A stretch of DNA of 64,000 nucleotides, from positions 4,124-68,123 of the forward strand of contig CAYMYA010000001.1 in NCBI GenBank assembly GCA_964394565.1, in the 5' to 3' direction. Shown one piece after another: positions 25,526-35,742 of this stretch. How positions within the stretch are numbered: position 1 is the first letter of the stretch; each line of letters starts with the position of its first letter. A program made the translations under genes and the position numbers. The notes beneath the pieces were generated by a model, which worked only from the letters and a program-made list of their open reading frames with translations, did not search any database and was not told the origin of the DNA. The stretch comes from an uncultured Gammaproteobacteria bacterium (GTDB lineage: Bacteria; Patescibacteriota; Patescibacteriia; UBA9934).

Positions 25526-27013
25526 ATGGCTTCATTGGCAAAAAACACCGCAATGCTTACGGTTGCGTCGATGTTGCAGAAGGCGGTTGCGTTCGTGTAT
25601 TTTGCGGCGATTGCTCGCATGATTGGCACCGAAAATACCGGCTCGTATTTTCTTGCGCTCACCCTCGTCACCACGATTGGCGTGTTGACGGATCTTGGGC
25701 TGAACTCAGTGCTTATCCGTGATAGCGCACGGGATCAGGAACATACGGTCATGCTTCTGCGCCGCGTGTTTAGCCTGAAGCTTATTGCAGCGCCAATAGC
25801 AGGCTTTGTGGCCGCCGTACTCCCGCACGTGCTCGGATATGATGCCGAGACGACATTCCTTATTCTCCTCGCGATACCTGTGATGCTCGCAGACTCAATT
25901 TCGTTAACGATGTATGGTGCACTTCGTGGCGCTCAAGAGTTGCGGTATGAGGCACTGGGAATTTTTCTCGGGCAAGTGTTTACGACGATTATCGGCATCG
26001 TCGTGCTGTTTTGGATTGACGCATCGCTTCCCATGCTTATTCTCGCGCTTTTCGTTGGGAGTTCATGGAATGCGGCGTTTTCCGCGTATCATGTTGGAAA
26101 GCGATTTGGGTTTCACACGTTCATCCCATCTTTTACTGAGTGGCGTTCATTATCCCTCGCCGCACTCCCATTTTTTCTTGCTGCAGTGTTTGTCAAAATC
26201 TATTCCTTTATCGATTCATACATGCTTGGCATCGTGATCGGCGCTACTGCGGCTGGTCTGTACAGCGTCGCATACAAACTCACGTATGCATTTCAATTCC
26301 TTCCGCTCGCATTCATTGGTGCCCTGTACCCCAAAATGGCATCATTAACTGGAAAACCGGAAGAACTCAAAAAAGTATTTTTGAATGCAGAATGGTATCT
26401 TGCCCTTCTTGTTTCTCCGATTGTTTTTGGTATTTTTGCGCTTGCTCCAGAAATCATCACGCTGGTATACGGTACGGAATACGCTGGATCTGTATTGCCA
26501 CTCTCTGTTCTCATCTTTGTGCTTATTCCAATTTTTTTCGATTTTCCAATCGGCTCGTTGCTGAATGCAAGCGGACGACAACATGTGAAAACAGTCATTA
26601 TGGGGGTCACGATGGCAGTGAATATCCTTGCAAATATCTTTTTGATTCGTTGGTATGGGGTGCTCGGCGCTTCGCTCGCTGGCTGCGTCAGCTTCGTGGT
26701 CATGTTTTGTCTCGGCGCCCTTATGATCCGAGGGCAAATTGCGATTACTGTAAAAGATTGGTTCCAGTCTGTCGGAGGGTTTCTTTTGTCTGGATTCATC
26801 ATGGCTACAGCAATTCTTCTTGTAAAATCAGTGTTTCCAATGGCAGATAACGGTATATCTCGCTACCTTTGGATCGCGCTTATCCCATTTGGAGCGATGA
26901 TATTTACTGGAGTTGCATATGGTACTGGTACCTTTACAACAGCGCATTTTTCTCAAATCCGATCATTTTTCCGTAAAACTTCTTATGGAACGACTCCTGT
27001 TGCCCACGAGTGA
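25526..27013 (+). CDS. wzx: oligosaccharide flippase (Wzx / MOP polysaccharide-biosynthesis family)
   Basis: 495 aa with about 12-14 TM helices and a typical Wzx topology. Confidence 0.8.
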   Translation: MASLAKNTAMLTVASMLQKAVAFVYFAAIARMIGTENTGSYFLALTLVTTIGVLTDLGLNSVLIRDSARDQEHTVMLLRRVFSLKLIAAPIAGFVAAVLPHVLGYDAETTFLILLAIPVMLADSISLTMYGALRGAQELRYEALGIFLGQVFTTIIGIVVLFWIDASLPMLILALFVGSSWNAAFSAYHVGKRFGFHTFIPSFTEWRSLSLAALPFFLAAVFVKIYSFIDSYMLGIVIGATAAGLYSVAYKLTYAFQFLPLAFIGALYPKMASLTGKPEELKKVFLNAEWYLALLVSPIVFGIFALAPEIITLVYGTEYAGSVLPLSVLIFVLIPIFFDFPIGSLLNASGRQHVKTVIMGVTMAVNILANIFLIRWYGVLGASLAGCVSFVVMFCLGALMIRGQIAITVKDWFQSVGGFLLSGFIMATAILLVKSVFPMADNGISRYLWIALIPFGAMIFTGVAYGTGTFTTAHFSQIRSFFRKTSYGTTPVAHE

Positions 27014-28712
27014 TTTTGCCCCGAAACGTGGTGGCGTGGCACGTATGCTGTCGGCGCTCGTCGACATGGTTCCTGATGTGCGGCCACTTGTTGTCGCAGA
27101 AACTGAACCGCATCTCTCGCTATTGAAAAGATTTTGGCACCATCGTGTGTTGTTTGATGCAATATTTGTGAGTCATGTTTTGCCCATAGGTACAGCGGCG
27201 TTTGTATACCGATTGTGTACTGGAACACCGTATGACGTATTACTGCATGGTATGGATTTTGATCGCGCACGATCGAAGAAGAAAAAATCCATACTGATGT
27301 GGTGTGTTTTGCGCGGTGCACGTCGTGTTTTTGCGAATTCTCATGCACTCGCAATGGAAGTTTCGGCATTTTCTAGACGACATTGCGATGTGTTATACCC
27401 GTGTATTTCGCAGAAATTTATTGAAGTGGCAGCAGTGATTGGTGAAAGGCAGGGGAATGGCATGCGATTGCTGACGGTGGGTCGGCTCGTTGAACGGAAA
27501 GGGCACAGAAAGGTCTTAGCTGCTATGTCGCAGATTCCTGATGTAACGTACACCATTGTCGGGGATGGGCCGATGAAACGTATTCTTGAAGATGACGTCC
27601 GTCGATATGGTTTGGAAGGCCGGGTGACATTTGTTCAGGGTGTTTCCGACGGAAAATTACCCGAGATCTACGCATCTCATGACATTTTTGTGATGCCGAC
27701 AACGAAAACACCGACGGATCGAGAAGGGTTCGGTATTGTGTATCTTGAAGCGGGACTTTTTGGGTTACCAGTGATCGCAACACGTCAGAGTGGTGTCGAT
27801 GAAGCGGTGATCCATCAGGAAACTGGCATCCTGATTGAGGATTCGGTGCAGGAGCTTGTTCAGGCAATTCGCACAGTCGTGGCCGATCCCATCCTCCGCG
27901 AACGTCTTGGTCGTCACGCACGAGCGCGAGTGCTTACAGGGTTTACTGGCGCGCAAACATTTCACGCGCTTGGCGCGCGACCTAACACGTCATCACAACC
28001 ATGGTCTCGTATTTCCGTCATTATTCCAACATATCAGCACGCACGAGCGCTTCCTGCGTGTTTACGTTCGGTATTTGCACAGACATATCCGAATGTTGAA
28101 ATCATCGTTGTTGACGATGGCTCGACGGATCACACGCAGGACGTGTTACGAGAGTACGGTACTCGCATCACTATTGTGCATCAACAGAATCAGGGTGGAA
28201 ACGCGGCGAGAAATCGTGGTCTTTCCATTGCAACCGGAGAGTACGTGATATTCGTTGATGCTGATGTTGTCATGAAACCCGCGATGCTTGATGTTATGTA
28301 TGCTATGTTACGAGCGCATCCAGAAGCCTCGTATGCCTATAGTGGTTTCCGGTTTGGTTGGAAATATTTTTCCGGTGTTCCGTTTGATGTGGATCGTTTG
28401 CGACGATCGAATTTTGTGATGACGACATCACTCGTCCGTCGAAAAGATTTTCCCGGTTTTGATCCCACGTTACGTCGATTCCAGGACTGGGATGTTTGGT
28501 TGACGATGCTCGAACAGGGAAAGACGGGGGTACTCATGCCGGGGACGTGGTTCTCAGTGGTCATTGATGGGGAATCACGAACGGGATCGTCTTGGCTTCC
28601 TTCGTTCGTGTACGATGTTCCGTGGCCAATCGTTGGGTACACGCCAAAACGCATCAGAAAATATCAGGAAGCACGTGAAATTATCGTGAAAAAACACCAT
28701 TTGCCGATATGA
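26985..28712 (+). CDS. bifunctional glycosyltransferase: N-terminal GT4 (GT1-fold) fused to C-terminal GT2
   Basis: N-terminal half carries the GT4 EX7E-type motif (PTTKTPTDREGFGIVYLEAGLFGLPVIATRQSG). The C-terminal half carries GT2 motifs (ISVIIPTYQHA ... IVVDDGSTD ... FVDADV). The start is set at MERLLLPTS, overlapping the wzx end. Confidence 0.8.
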   Translation: MERLLLPTSDFAPKRGGVARMLSALVDMVPDVRPLVVAETEPHLSLLKRFWHHRVLFDAIFVSHVLPIGTAAFVYRLCTGTPYDVLLHGMDFDRARSKKKKSILMWCVLRGARRVFANSHALAMEVSAFSRRHCDVLYPCISQKFIEVAAVIGERQGNGMRLLTVGRLVERKGHRKVLAAMSQIPDVTYTIVGDGPMKRILEDDVRRYGLEGRVTFVQGVSDGKLPEIYASHDIFVMPTTKTPTDREGFGIVYLEAGLFGLPVIATRQSGVDEAVIHQETGILIEDSVQELVQAIRTVVADPILRERLGRHARARVLTGFTGAQTFHALGARPNTSSQPWSRISVIIPTYQHARALPACLRSVFAQTYPNVEIIVVDDGSTDHTQDVLREYGTRITIVHQQNQGGNAARNRGLSIATGEYVIFVDADVVMKPAMLDVMYAMLRAHPEASYAYSGFRFGWKYFSGVPFDVDRLRRSNFVMTTSLVRRKDFPGFDPTLRRFQDWDVWLTMLEQGKTGVLMPGTWFSVVIDGESRTGSSWLPSFVYDVPWPIVGYTPKRIRKYQEAREIIVKKHHLPI

Positions 28713-30292
28713 CGCATGCGCTGAAACAATGGTTTGACCGGAATACTGCATACAGCCTTCTTGGTTTACTGGTGCTCCATGGCGTGGCATGGCTGACCCA
28801 ACACACGGCGTGGACCGCGATTCCATTCGCAATCATTGTCATTGCCACGCTCATCGTCTCGTGCAAATCGTTGACGTGGGGATTCGCGATTGCAATGCTT
28901 GAGATTATTATCGGCGGCCACGGACATCTCATCGATATCTCACTCGGCATGACGGTTGGTTTACGTCTTGGTATCTTCGGGGCGGTGATGGTCAGCGTGC
29001 TCTATCATCTCTTGGTGAAGAAGGTTCGGCCGGTGTTTGTGTTCGAGCGTGATATGCCGATTCTCGTGATTCTCGGGGCGGTGATCATCGGATCGATGAT
29101 TGGTGTAGCGAACAATCCGTTCGGCCAGGTGTTCGATGACGCGAACGCATTTGTGACGTTGCTGTACCTGCTTCCAGTCTCGATGATTGTGTGGACAAAT
29201 GAGGCGAAGCGGATTGTACTTTGGACATTCGCACTCGGCGCGACATGGGTGGCAGGATCGTCGCTGTTCTTGTTGTATTACTTCACACATTCAAGTCCCG
29301 ATGCAATCTGGGCGATGTATCACTTTATCCGCGATGCGAGACTCGCTGAAGTAACATTGCTTTCTGGCCCGTCGTGGCTTGTGGCAACGTTCCCGAATGG
29401 CCCGTGGTTTTTTCGGGTGTTTGAGCCCGCGCAGGCATTTGTGATGCTGTTTACGTTTGTACTGTGTTCGATGGTGTGTTACGTGGCAAAAACTTGGAAA
29501 TATCGATTAATGATGACCATTCCTCTTGCGCTGATGTTCGCAGTCGATTTGAGCGGACAGTCGCGGAGTTTTTGGATCGGTTTGATCGTCGGCGGCATCG
29601 CTCTTGCTGGTGCGGTGCTGTACGAACGTCCGAGTGCGCGTGAGGTCATCCGAATGAAGGCGACCGGTGTCATCGCGATCGTTATTGCGATCGTCATGAT
29701 GTGGGTTGCAATTGTGTTGCCATTACCATCACGTCCTGATGTATCCAACTCTCCATATTACAAAGGACAAGATGATGATACGCGCGATCTTGCGGTTTCG
29801 AGCCGTTGGAATTTGTTGACGCCGATGATGGAGAGTATAGGTAAATCCCCGGTGTGGGGAACGGGGTTCGGAACCACGGTGACATTTATTTCGGACGATC
29901 CGCGTGTGCGCGCAACCAACCCAAATGGCGAGTGGACGACGTATCGATTCGAGTGGGGATTCCATGATATTTGGATGAAGATGGGACTCCTCGGGCTCTT
30001 TGCATTTGCGTGGTACTTTTTCTCGGTATTGCGTGCAGCGACACGATCGATTCGATCGAAACAGGAAACGCGTTGGCTGACGGTGTCACTTGCAGTTGGT
30101 GTTGTGGCAATTTTTGCATCACACGCATTTTCGCCGTATTTGAACCACCCAATCGGACTCGGATTTATGGTTATGATCTTGCCGTTTATGCCGTGGCAAA
30201 AAAAGGATTTGCCAACGATGGCGTCGGTGATCGATGCCGTTCCAAAAGTGAGTGTTCCTCAAGCACGAAAACCGATCACCGTGCGAGAATAA
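28709..30292 (+). CDS. O-antigen ligase / polymerase family membrane protein (Wzy/WaaL-like)
   Basis: 527 aa, polytopic, with a large periplasmic loop and an O-antigen-ligase-like core (SGQSRSFWIGL). Confidence 0.7.
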   Translation: MTHALKQWFDRNTAYSLLGLLVLHGVAWLTQHTAWTAIPFAIIVIATLIVSCKSLTWGFAIAMLEIIIGGHGHLIDISLGMTVGLRLGIFGAVMVSVLYHLLVKKVRPVFVFERDMPILVILGAVIIGSMIGVANNPFGQVFDDANAFVTLLYLLPVSMIVWTNEAKRIVLWTFALGATWVAGSSLFLLYYFTHSSPDAIWAMYHFIRDARLAEVTLLSGPSWLVATFPNGPWFFRVFEPAQAFVMLFTFVLCSMVCYVAKTWKYRLMMTIPLALMFAVDLSGQSRSFWIGLIVGGIALAGAVLYERPSAREVIRMKATGVIAIVIAIVMMWVAIVLPLPSRPDVSNSPYYKGQDDDTRDLAVSSRWNLLTPMMESIGKSPVWGTGFGTTVTFISDDPRVRATNPNGEWTTYRFEWGFHDIWMKMGLLGLFAFAWYFFSVLRAATRSIRSKQETRWLTVSLAVGVVAIFASHAFSPYLNHPIGLGFMVMILPFMPWQKKDLPTMASVIDAVPKVSVPQARKPITVRE

Positions 30293-30305
30293 ATAACACT
30301 TGCAC

Positions 30306-31229
30306 CTATTTTTTCAAATACCCTCGCACGAAATCTGCACCGGACATGCTCTTAGTATTTGCGGGCTGTAGGGTGAAAATTTCAAATGGCATATCGCCCG
30401 CCATGCAGAATAATCGACCGTCGGTACTGGACGGCCCTGTGGTAGCCGATCGATCCAACTGCGGTGCAGGAGCACCGCTGAGGATTTTTACGAGCGTTTC
30501 GGTTCCGTTGAGACTCCAGGTGGTCCATGTCCCTGGCCAGGGGGTGTACGCGCGAATCTTTCGGTCGATCACGGCCGCGGGCTGTGTCCAGTCGATACGT
30601 CCATCCTCTTTGGAGAGTAATGCGCAGACAGAGATGCCACGAGTGGGCTGAGCGACAGGCATGAGCGACCCAGCGACGTATCCTTTGAGGGAATCGATGA
30701 GGAGTGGCGCGGCAATGGCAACGACTTTTTCGGTGAGCGATTGGGTTGTTTCGTCTGGCGCGATCGGAATTGACGCTTGTGCGAGGAGTGGGCCAGTGTC
30801 CATGCCCTCGTCGATGGTCATAATTGAAACTCCCGTCACAGTGTCTCCAGCGGCAATGGCGGCTTGCATTGGGGAGGGGCCGCGGTATTTTGGTAATAGG
30901 GAAGGGTGAACGTTCACAAAACCCTTCGGAATACGCTCAAGAAGAACCTTCGGGAGAATACGGCCATATGCTACGATCACTGCGACATCGGCGCGTGTTG
31001 CATCGAGTGCTTCAAGAAATGCTTCGTCGCGTAGCTTGATTGGCTGGAAAACAGGAATGTTGTGTGTGAGCGCAAATTGCTTGGTCGGCGGTGCGGTGAG
31101 GATTTTTTTCCGTCCAACATGTTTGTCTGACTGGCATACCACTCCAACAATGGAACATTCAGGATCTGCATGGACAGCGGCGAGAATTTCCGCGGAAAAT
31201 GCTGGAGTACCGAAAAAAAGAACGCGCAT
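30306..31229 (-). CDS. fmt: methionyl-tRNA formyltransferase
   Basis: MRVLFFGTPAFS ... SLLPKYRGPSPMQAAI are Fmt motifs; the gene sits in a def-fmt arrangement. Confidence 0.9.
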   Translation of the reverse strand: MRVLFFGTPAFSAEILAAVHADPECSIVGVVCQSDKHVGRKKILTAPPTKQFALTHNIPVFQPIKLRDEAFLEALDATRADVAVIVAYGRILPKVLLERIPKGFVNVHPSLLPKYRGPSPMQAAIAAGDTVTGVSIMTIDEGMDTGPLLAQASIPIAPDETTQSLTEKVVAIAAPLLIDSLKGYVAGSLMPVAQPTRGISVCALLSKEDGRIDWTQPAAVIDRKIRAYTPWPGTWTTWSLNGTETLVKILSGAPAPQLDRSATTGPSSTDGRLFCMAGDMPFEIFTLQPANTKSMSGADFVRGYLKK

Positions 31230-31232
31230 ACG

Positions 31233-31703
31233 CTAAAGTGTGGACGCTTTCTTAATATTTTCCGCACGATCGATAAACAAGATGCCATCCAGGTGATCAA
31301 TTTCATGCTGAAAGATCGTTGCGAGTAGACCCTGTGCCTTGATGACGACTGCACCCCCGTTTTCGACGATTGCATTGACGGTGACAGAGCGGTGGCGCTT
31401 CACGATGCCCCAACATCCTGGAACTGAGAGGCAGCCTTCTTCGCTCTCTATCATGCGAAATGATCGTTCCGTGATGCGGGGATTTATGTATGCCGTAGGA
31501 ATTCCATCGTTCTCTACAATAATGACTCTGTCGTGGACACCAATTTGTGGCGCAGCAATACCAACGCCGTTTTCTTTCTTCATGGTTTCCTTCAGTTCAT
31601 CGATGAGCAGCTGCATTTCTGGTGTAACAATACGATCAACGGACACTGCTTCGCTGACCTTGCGCAGATTGTCATTGGGTTCATGGAGGACGGGTCTTGA
31701 CAT
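31233..31703 (-). CDS. def: peptide deformylase
   Basis: GVGIAAPQIG, EGCLSVPG and HEIDHLDG are the three PDF motifs. Confidence 0.9.
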   Translation of the reverse strand: MSRPVLHEPNDNLRKVSEAVSVDRIVTPEMQLLIDELKETMKKENGVGIAAPQIGVHDRVIIVENDGIPTAYINPRITERSFRMIESEEGCLSVPGCWGIVKRHRSVTVNAIVENGGAVVIKAQGLLATIFQHEIDHLDGILFIDRAENIKKASTL

Positions 31704-31706
31704 AGG

Positions 31707-33488
31707 TTACTGTTGAATACGAATATTGATGTGATCAGGAATTTCTGGAAAATGGCGTTGCCATGTGTGAAAGATTTCTCGTGAGATTTTTGCCGTAAGC
31801 ATTCCGTGACGTTCGACAAGATGAGGGATGAATATCGAGGGGAGATCTTCGCGTGACGCGTGTTCAAATGTGACGATGACGCCAAATGGTGGAAGGAGAT
31901 ATGTCTGTCGCATTGCACATTCGTGCATGAGCACGTGCTCTGGTCCAAGCAATGTCAGGAGCCGATCGCGTGCGATGGTTTGAATGATGCATTCGGCATG
32001 TTCTCGTGCGGCGAAATGTTGGAGTCGCTGAATTTTCCGTGCAGTCTTTTCGGCACCACGAAAATCTCCCGGGGTATAACCTACGTCGGCGAGGAGTTCG
32101 GCGACAAGCCCGAACCCATAGGTGTGGAAGGGAATGAGCACACTGCTCCAAAAATATTCCGTCACGACAACGATATCAGCAGTGAGATCTATACGCCCTT
32201 TCTCGATCTGTCCGATGCTGTGAGAAGGGAATACGACTTTGAGATCGTCGACAATGCGCGCACCGCCCACAAGCCTTGGTCCTACTTTCTGTGAGCCACA
32301 GGCGGGACATGTTGTTGGCTTCCACATTTCCGCACCGCAGGCTTCGCAAAGAAGATCTTGCAGCCGCACGACGGGAAGGTTTCCGCACGTTCCGCAAAAT
32401 GGCACATGGCCACAGTCTTTACACTCTAGACGTTTTGCAACGCCTTTGCGGTTTAAAGAGAGTAGCACTCTTTTTCCGCTATGTAAAGCCGTTTTTATGG
32501 CCTCTAAGAGTGTTTGTGAGAGGAGTGGATAGCCGCTTGATTCTCCGCGGTTTGTGGTGTCAAGAATTTGCGGCGCAGAAGCCTGATATTGAGCGGAGAG
32601 ATGTTCTTGACGCGGTGTCTGATCAGCGCGCGCACACGAATGCTCGGTTATTGGTGGAAGAGCATCGGTAAGAACAAGACGCGCCCCGTGAAGCGCTGCG
32701 AGTGCCGTTGCGGTACGGACGGCATCGATGTGGGGATTCCGCAGTACACTCCCATGATCTTCACACGCCGCTTGAACCACAAGAATGGTTTCCAGAGACT
32801 TTGGTTCAATCAGTACCGTCTGTCGTGTACCGACAAGGAGTTGATGATCGCCGCGCTTCCATGTGCGAAGTACTGCATTCCGATCCGATGGTTTTGTTTT
32901 CCCCGTAAGGAGCATGGGACGGAACGGGCTCAGGAGCTTTTCAAAAAAACGTGCATCACGTTCTCGCGGGACAAGAATGATGGTTTGGCCACGAGCAGAG
33001 GTTGTGAGCGCATGAGCGAGGACGGCGACGGTTTCGTCATCTGTCGCGAAAGATGCATATGGGGATTCGCGGATAATTTTCAGCATGCTGCGTACCACCG
33101 TGATGATATCTTTTGGTATGGAAAATGAAGGGGAGGCTCCGGGATTCTGAACCGAGAACGATGCGTCATATGGCAGAAATCCCTCAAACGCAACACTAAG
33201 AATAGACGACATCGATTGTCCGAGCTCAGTTGCAATGGTGTGCAGATGCTTTCGTTGCGTTGCGCTGACGGAAAACAGTGCAGGCGATGGTGACAGTTCG
33301 ATCACACGTGGCTCTGCGGTCGTCTCGCAGATTTCTTGAATGAGGCCAAACATTGGACGGTGGCGGAAGGAAATATTGACGATATCGCCAACGCGAACAG
33401 GACTTCCGTTTGGGATACGGTAATCGAATGCCCCAAACCGTCGGGGAAGTTTCAAGATCGGGTATATTTTTGCGAACACAATCATCAA
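31707..33488 (-). CDS. priA: primosomal protein N' (PriA)-like, Walker A (P-loop) degenerate
   Basis: A PriA-like N-terminal 3'-DNA-binding domain and a helicase-core alignment to E. coli PriA (GQTIILVP ~ GKQALVMVP; LLVGTRQTVL ~ IVIGTRSALF) are present. So is the Cys-rich zinc region (CKDCGHVPFCGTCGN...CEACG...CPACG). The GxxGSGKT motif is absent. Confidence 0.75.
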   Translation of the reverse strand: MMIVFAKIYPILKLPRRFGAFDYRIPNGSPVRVGDIVNISFRHRPMFGLIQEICETTAEPRVIELSPSPALFSVSATQRKHLHTIATELGQSMSSILSVAFEGFLPYDASFSVQNPGASPSFSIPKDIITVVRSMLKIIRESPYASFATDDETVAVLAHALTTSARGQTIILVPRERDARFFEKLLSPFRPMLLTGKTKPSDRNAVLRTWKRGDHQLLVGTRQTVLIEPKSLETILVVQAACEDHGSVLRNPHIDAVRTATALAALHGARLVLTDALPPITEHSCARADQTPRQEHLSAQYQASAPQILDTTNRGESSGYPLLSQTLLEAIKTALHSGKRVLLSLNRKGVAKRLECKDCGHVPFCGTCGNLPVVRLQDLLCEACGAEMWKPTTCPACGSQKVGPRLVGGARIVDDLKVVFPSHSIGQIEKGRIDLTADIVVVTEYFWSSVLIPFHTYGFGLVAELLADVGYTPGDFRGAEKTARKIQRLQHFAAREHAECIIQTIARDRLLTLLGPEHVLMHECAMRQTYLLPPFGVIVTFEHASREDLPSIFIPHLVERHGMLTAKISREIFHTWQRHFPEIPDHINIRIQQ

Positions 33489-34273
33489 ATACGCAGCTCT
33501 GCAAGGAGTAGTCCAACCCCAAATGGCGCTTCATGCGAAAGGACGGCGCTCTCGACCGGAGACCCATCTAAGGTGCCGAAAAGCATCACGATTTGGCGAT
33601 ACGATGCATCTTTCGCGTTTGCTAAAATGTTCGGATCGATTTGTAAGAGCCCTGCAGAATTTTTTTGCGCAACCAGCGTTGCTAACTGATCATCAAAGAT
33701 TTTTCCGTCTTCATGAAATTCGCCCGGAGCATCCTCGGATCGCGTGTGGGAGCCGTCGCCACAAGCCAAAACCGCAATACGCTTCGAGCTACTCATGAGC
33801 GATTCTCGTAATGCAGTACCGAAATCGAAGTGTTCTTTTGGTGTTTTGTTACATGGTGCAATCGGTAAAATACAAACGTCAGGCAGGTGTTCAGCCAGGA
33901 AGGCTAAAGGAACCGTTGCAGAAAATGGAAGTTCTTTTTCTGTTTCAAGTGTTATTGCATGTCCAAGACGACGCATGTTCCGTTGTATTGTGTCCGCAAG
34001 CATGAAATCTGTGGTATAGGTTTTGCTGTACCCTAAATCCCCAAATTCTGCTAATCCAGCATGATACGGATCAGCGACATTGATTGCGAATGCATCGACA
34101 GGCGTTTCTGTGTGATCACAGAACAACACAATCGTTTCTGGTTTTGTAGCAAAGAGTTCTTCTGAAAGAATCGTAAACGCGTTTCTGGTTTTTGCTGCAG
34201 CGTTCACTCGTTCTGGGTTGACCGATTCGATCAAGAGTGGCGTGCAGGGAACTATTGCGGCGAAAACAATCAT
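33485..34273 (-). CDS. Memo/LigB-superfamily protein (AmmeMemoRadiSam protein B-like / class III extradiol dioxygenase subunit B-like)
   Basis: 262 aa with His-rich motifs (CDHTETP, CGDGSHT) in the arrangement of the Memo/LigB fold; family assignment is tentative. Confidence 0.45.
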   Translation of the reverse strand: MIVFAAIVPCTPLLIESVNPERVNAAAKTRNAFTILSEELFATKPETIVLFCDHTETPVDAFAINVADPYHAGLAEFGDLGYSKTYTTDFMLADTIQRNMRRLGHAITLETEKELPFSATVPLAFLAEHLPDVCILPIAPCNKTPKEHFDFGTALRESLMSSSKRIAVLACGDGSHTRSEDAPGEFHEDGKIFDDQLATLVAQKNSAGLLQIDPNILANAKDASYRQIVMLFGTLDGSPVESAVLSHEAPFGVGLLLAELRI

Positions 34274-34278
34274 ATGCG

Positions 34279-35646
34279 TTACTCGACGGCACCAAGATCT
34301 GCGCCGACCTTGTGAAGATTTAACACGTCATCGCTCACAAAGACAATATTTTCCCACGCGTACCCATAATCATTGAAGGTTTGTTCGCTATCGATTGCGT
34401 GACGCTTTCCTTCAGCAACAACGTACACCGTTGGATTTTCCATGGAACGCACGAGTGTTCCATCGGGAAGTTTCAGAAACGCCCCTTCGCGGTATTGTTC
34501 AATTTCTACTGGTTCTGCGGATTCTATGCGTGCACTCGGCATTTGCGCTTCAAGAATCGCGGGATCCAAAATTGCCATGCGCTGGCCGTCTTTGAGGAGA
34601 AACATTGCTCCGTTTTTCAGCTGCACCACGCGACCTGACGGATCTTGTGTCGCTGCAGTGATTGGTTCGCCAACTTCGTATGTGGCAACTTCTTGTGCGG
34701 TAATCTCAATGAGTTCCGCTTCAGAAAAGCCTATTGAACGAAATGCTTCCATGGATTCAATATGTCGCATGGCATCGTCAACAAGCAGATAAATATTTCC
34801 ATGTTCATCCTTGACAAGAGAATAATTTGCTAACGATATTTCATCGCCGACCGGATATTGCTCAAGAACTGTGGATGCAACCGTAATGATGAGACGAGCA
34901 TTATAGCGCGACGTCAGTGCGCTTTGGCTGGTGATGGGTCGGCGATACCCTTGTTCAATACGCCACACGCCGCTTTCACCCGCAGCCTGCAGCAGTGTTC
35001 CAGTCGGATATTCTTTTCCGAACCATGCATCCCAAATTTTCACAAAGTTTTCATTGCCGTGCAAATGGGGCGTATATGCATACATTGCTGCAGTCGCAGC
35101 ATTGAATGGTACGACCGTGGTTCCGTCAATGTTCACGGGGACATTCGTGCCATATTTTCCCGCGGTCACTCCGTACGTTTCGATGTCCGCTAAATATCCC
35201 TCGATAAATTGCAATGAAGCAGAGTTGATTTGCTTTCCAAATCCCTGCCAACGCGAAACACCGGCATCGGTCATGGAACAATCGTCACATACACCGTAAC
35301 CTGTCGCCCAATCGTATTGTTTTTCAGTGGGATCTTGATCTTCAACGAGACTCTGCTCTTTTTGCAGGAGGACTAAGAGGAAGCGAGGATTGATGCCGTG
35401 TTGTTGTGCGGCGCGCCAAATAATGTCTGCTGCATTGCGTGTAACGCCTTCCCAGTCTGCGGTGCGATACTCTGCGAGTGTCCCGCGTTCCAAAAATGCT
35501 TGGATCTGATTTCGATCCATCGCTTGAGCATCCTGAAGTTCTTCATCTGAAATGATATAATTTGGATTAAATGCCAAAGCGCTGGCTGGCAAAAGGAGGG
35601 CAAAAAATCCCCCAATGGTACTAAGAAGCAGTGATCGTATAATCAT
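34279..35646 (-). CDS. secreted hypothetical protein (possible cell-wall hydrolase-like)
   Basis: The start is set at MIIRSLLLSTIGGFFALLLPASALA (signal peptide), with a ~430-aa mature region and no clear motif. Confidence 0.55.
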   Translation of the reverse strand: MIIRSLLLSTIGGFFALLLPASALAFNPNYIISDEELQDAQAMDRNQIQAFLERGTLAEYRTADWEGVTRNAADIIWRAAQQHGINPRFLLVLLQKEQSLVEDQDPTEKQYDWATGYGVCDDCSMTDAGVSRWQGFGKQINSASLQFIEGYLADIETYGVTAGKYGTNVPVNIDGTTVVPFNAATAAMYAYTPHLHGNENFVKIWDAWFGKEYPTGTLLQAAGESGVWRIEQGYRRPITSQSALTSRYNARLIITVASTVLEQYPVGDEISLANYSLVKDEHGNIYLLVDDAMRHIESMEAFRSIGFSEAELIEITAQEVATYEVGEPITAATQDPSGRVVQLKNGAMFLLKDGQRMAILDPAILEAQMPSARIESAEPVEIEQYREGAFLKLPDGTLVRSMENPTVYVVAEGKRHAIDSEQTFNDYGYAWENIVFVSDDVLNLHKVGADLGAVE

Positions 35647-35742
35647 ACGTTCACAGTATAGCGAACCCCTCGTGCGTTGACACGTTTCGCCTGGGGAAGC
35701 ATTATTTGGCCGTAGGATACGTATAATTTTCTTCATCACATT

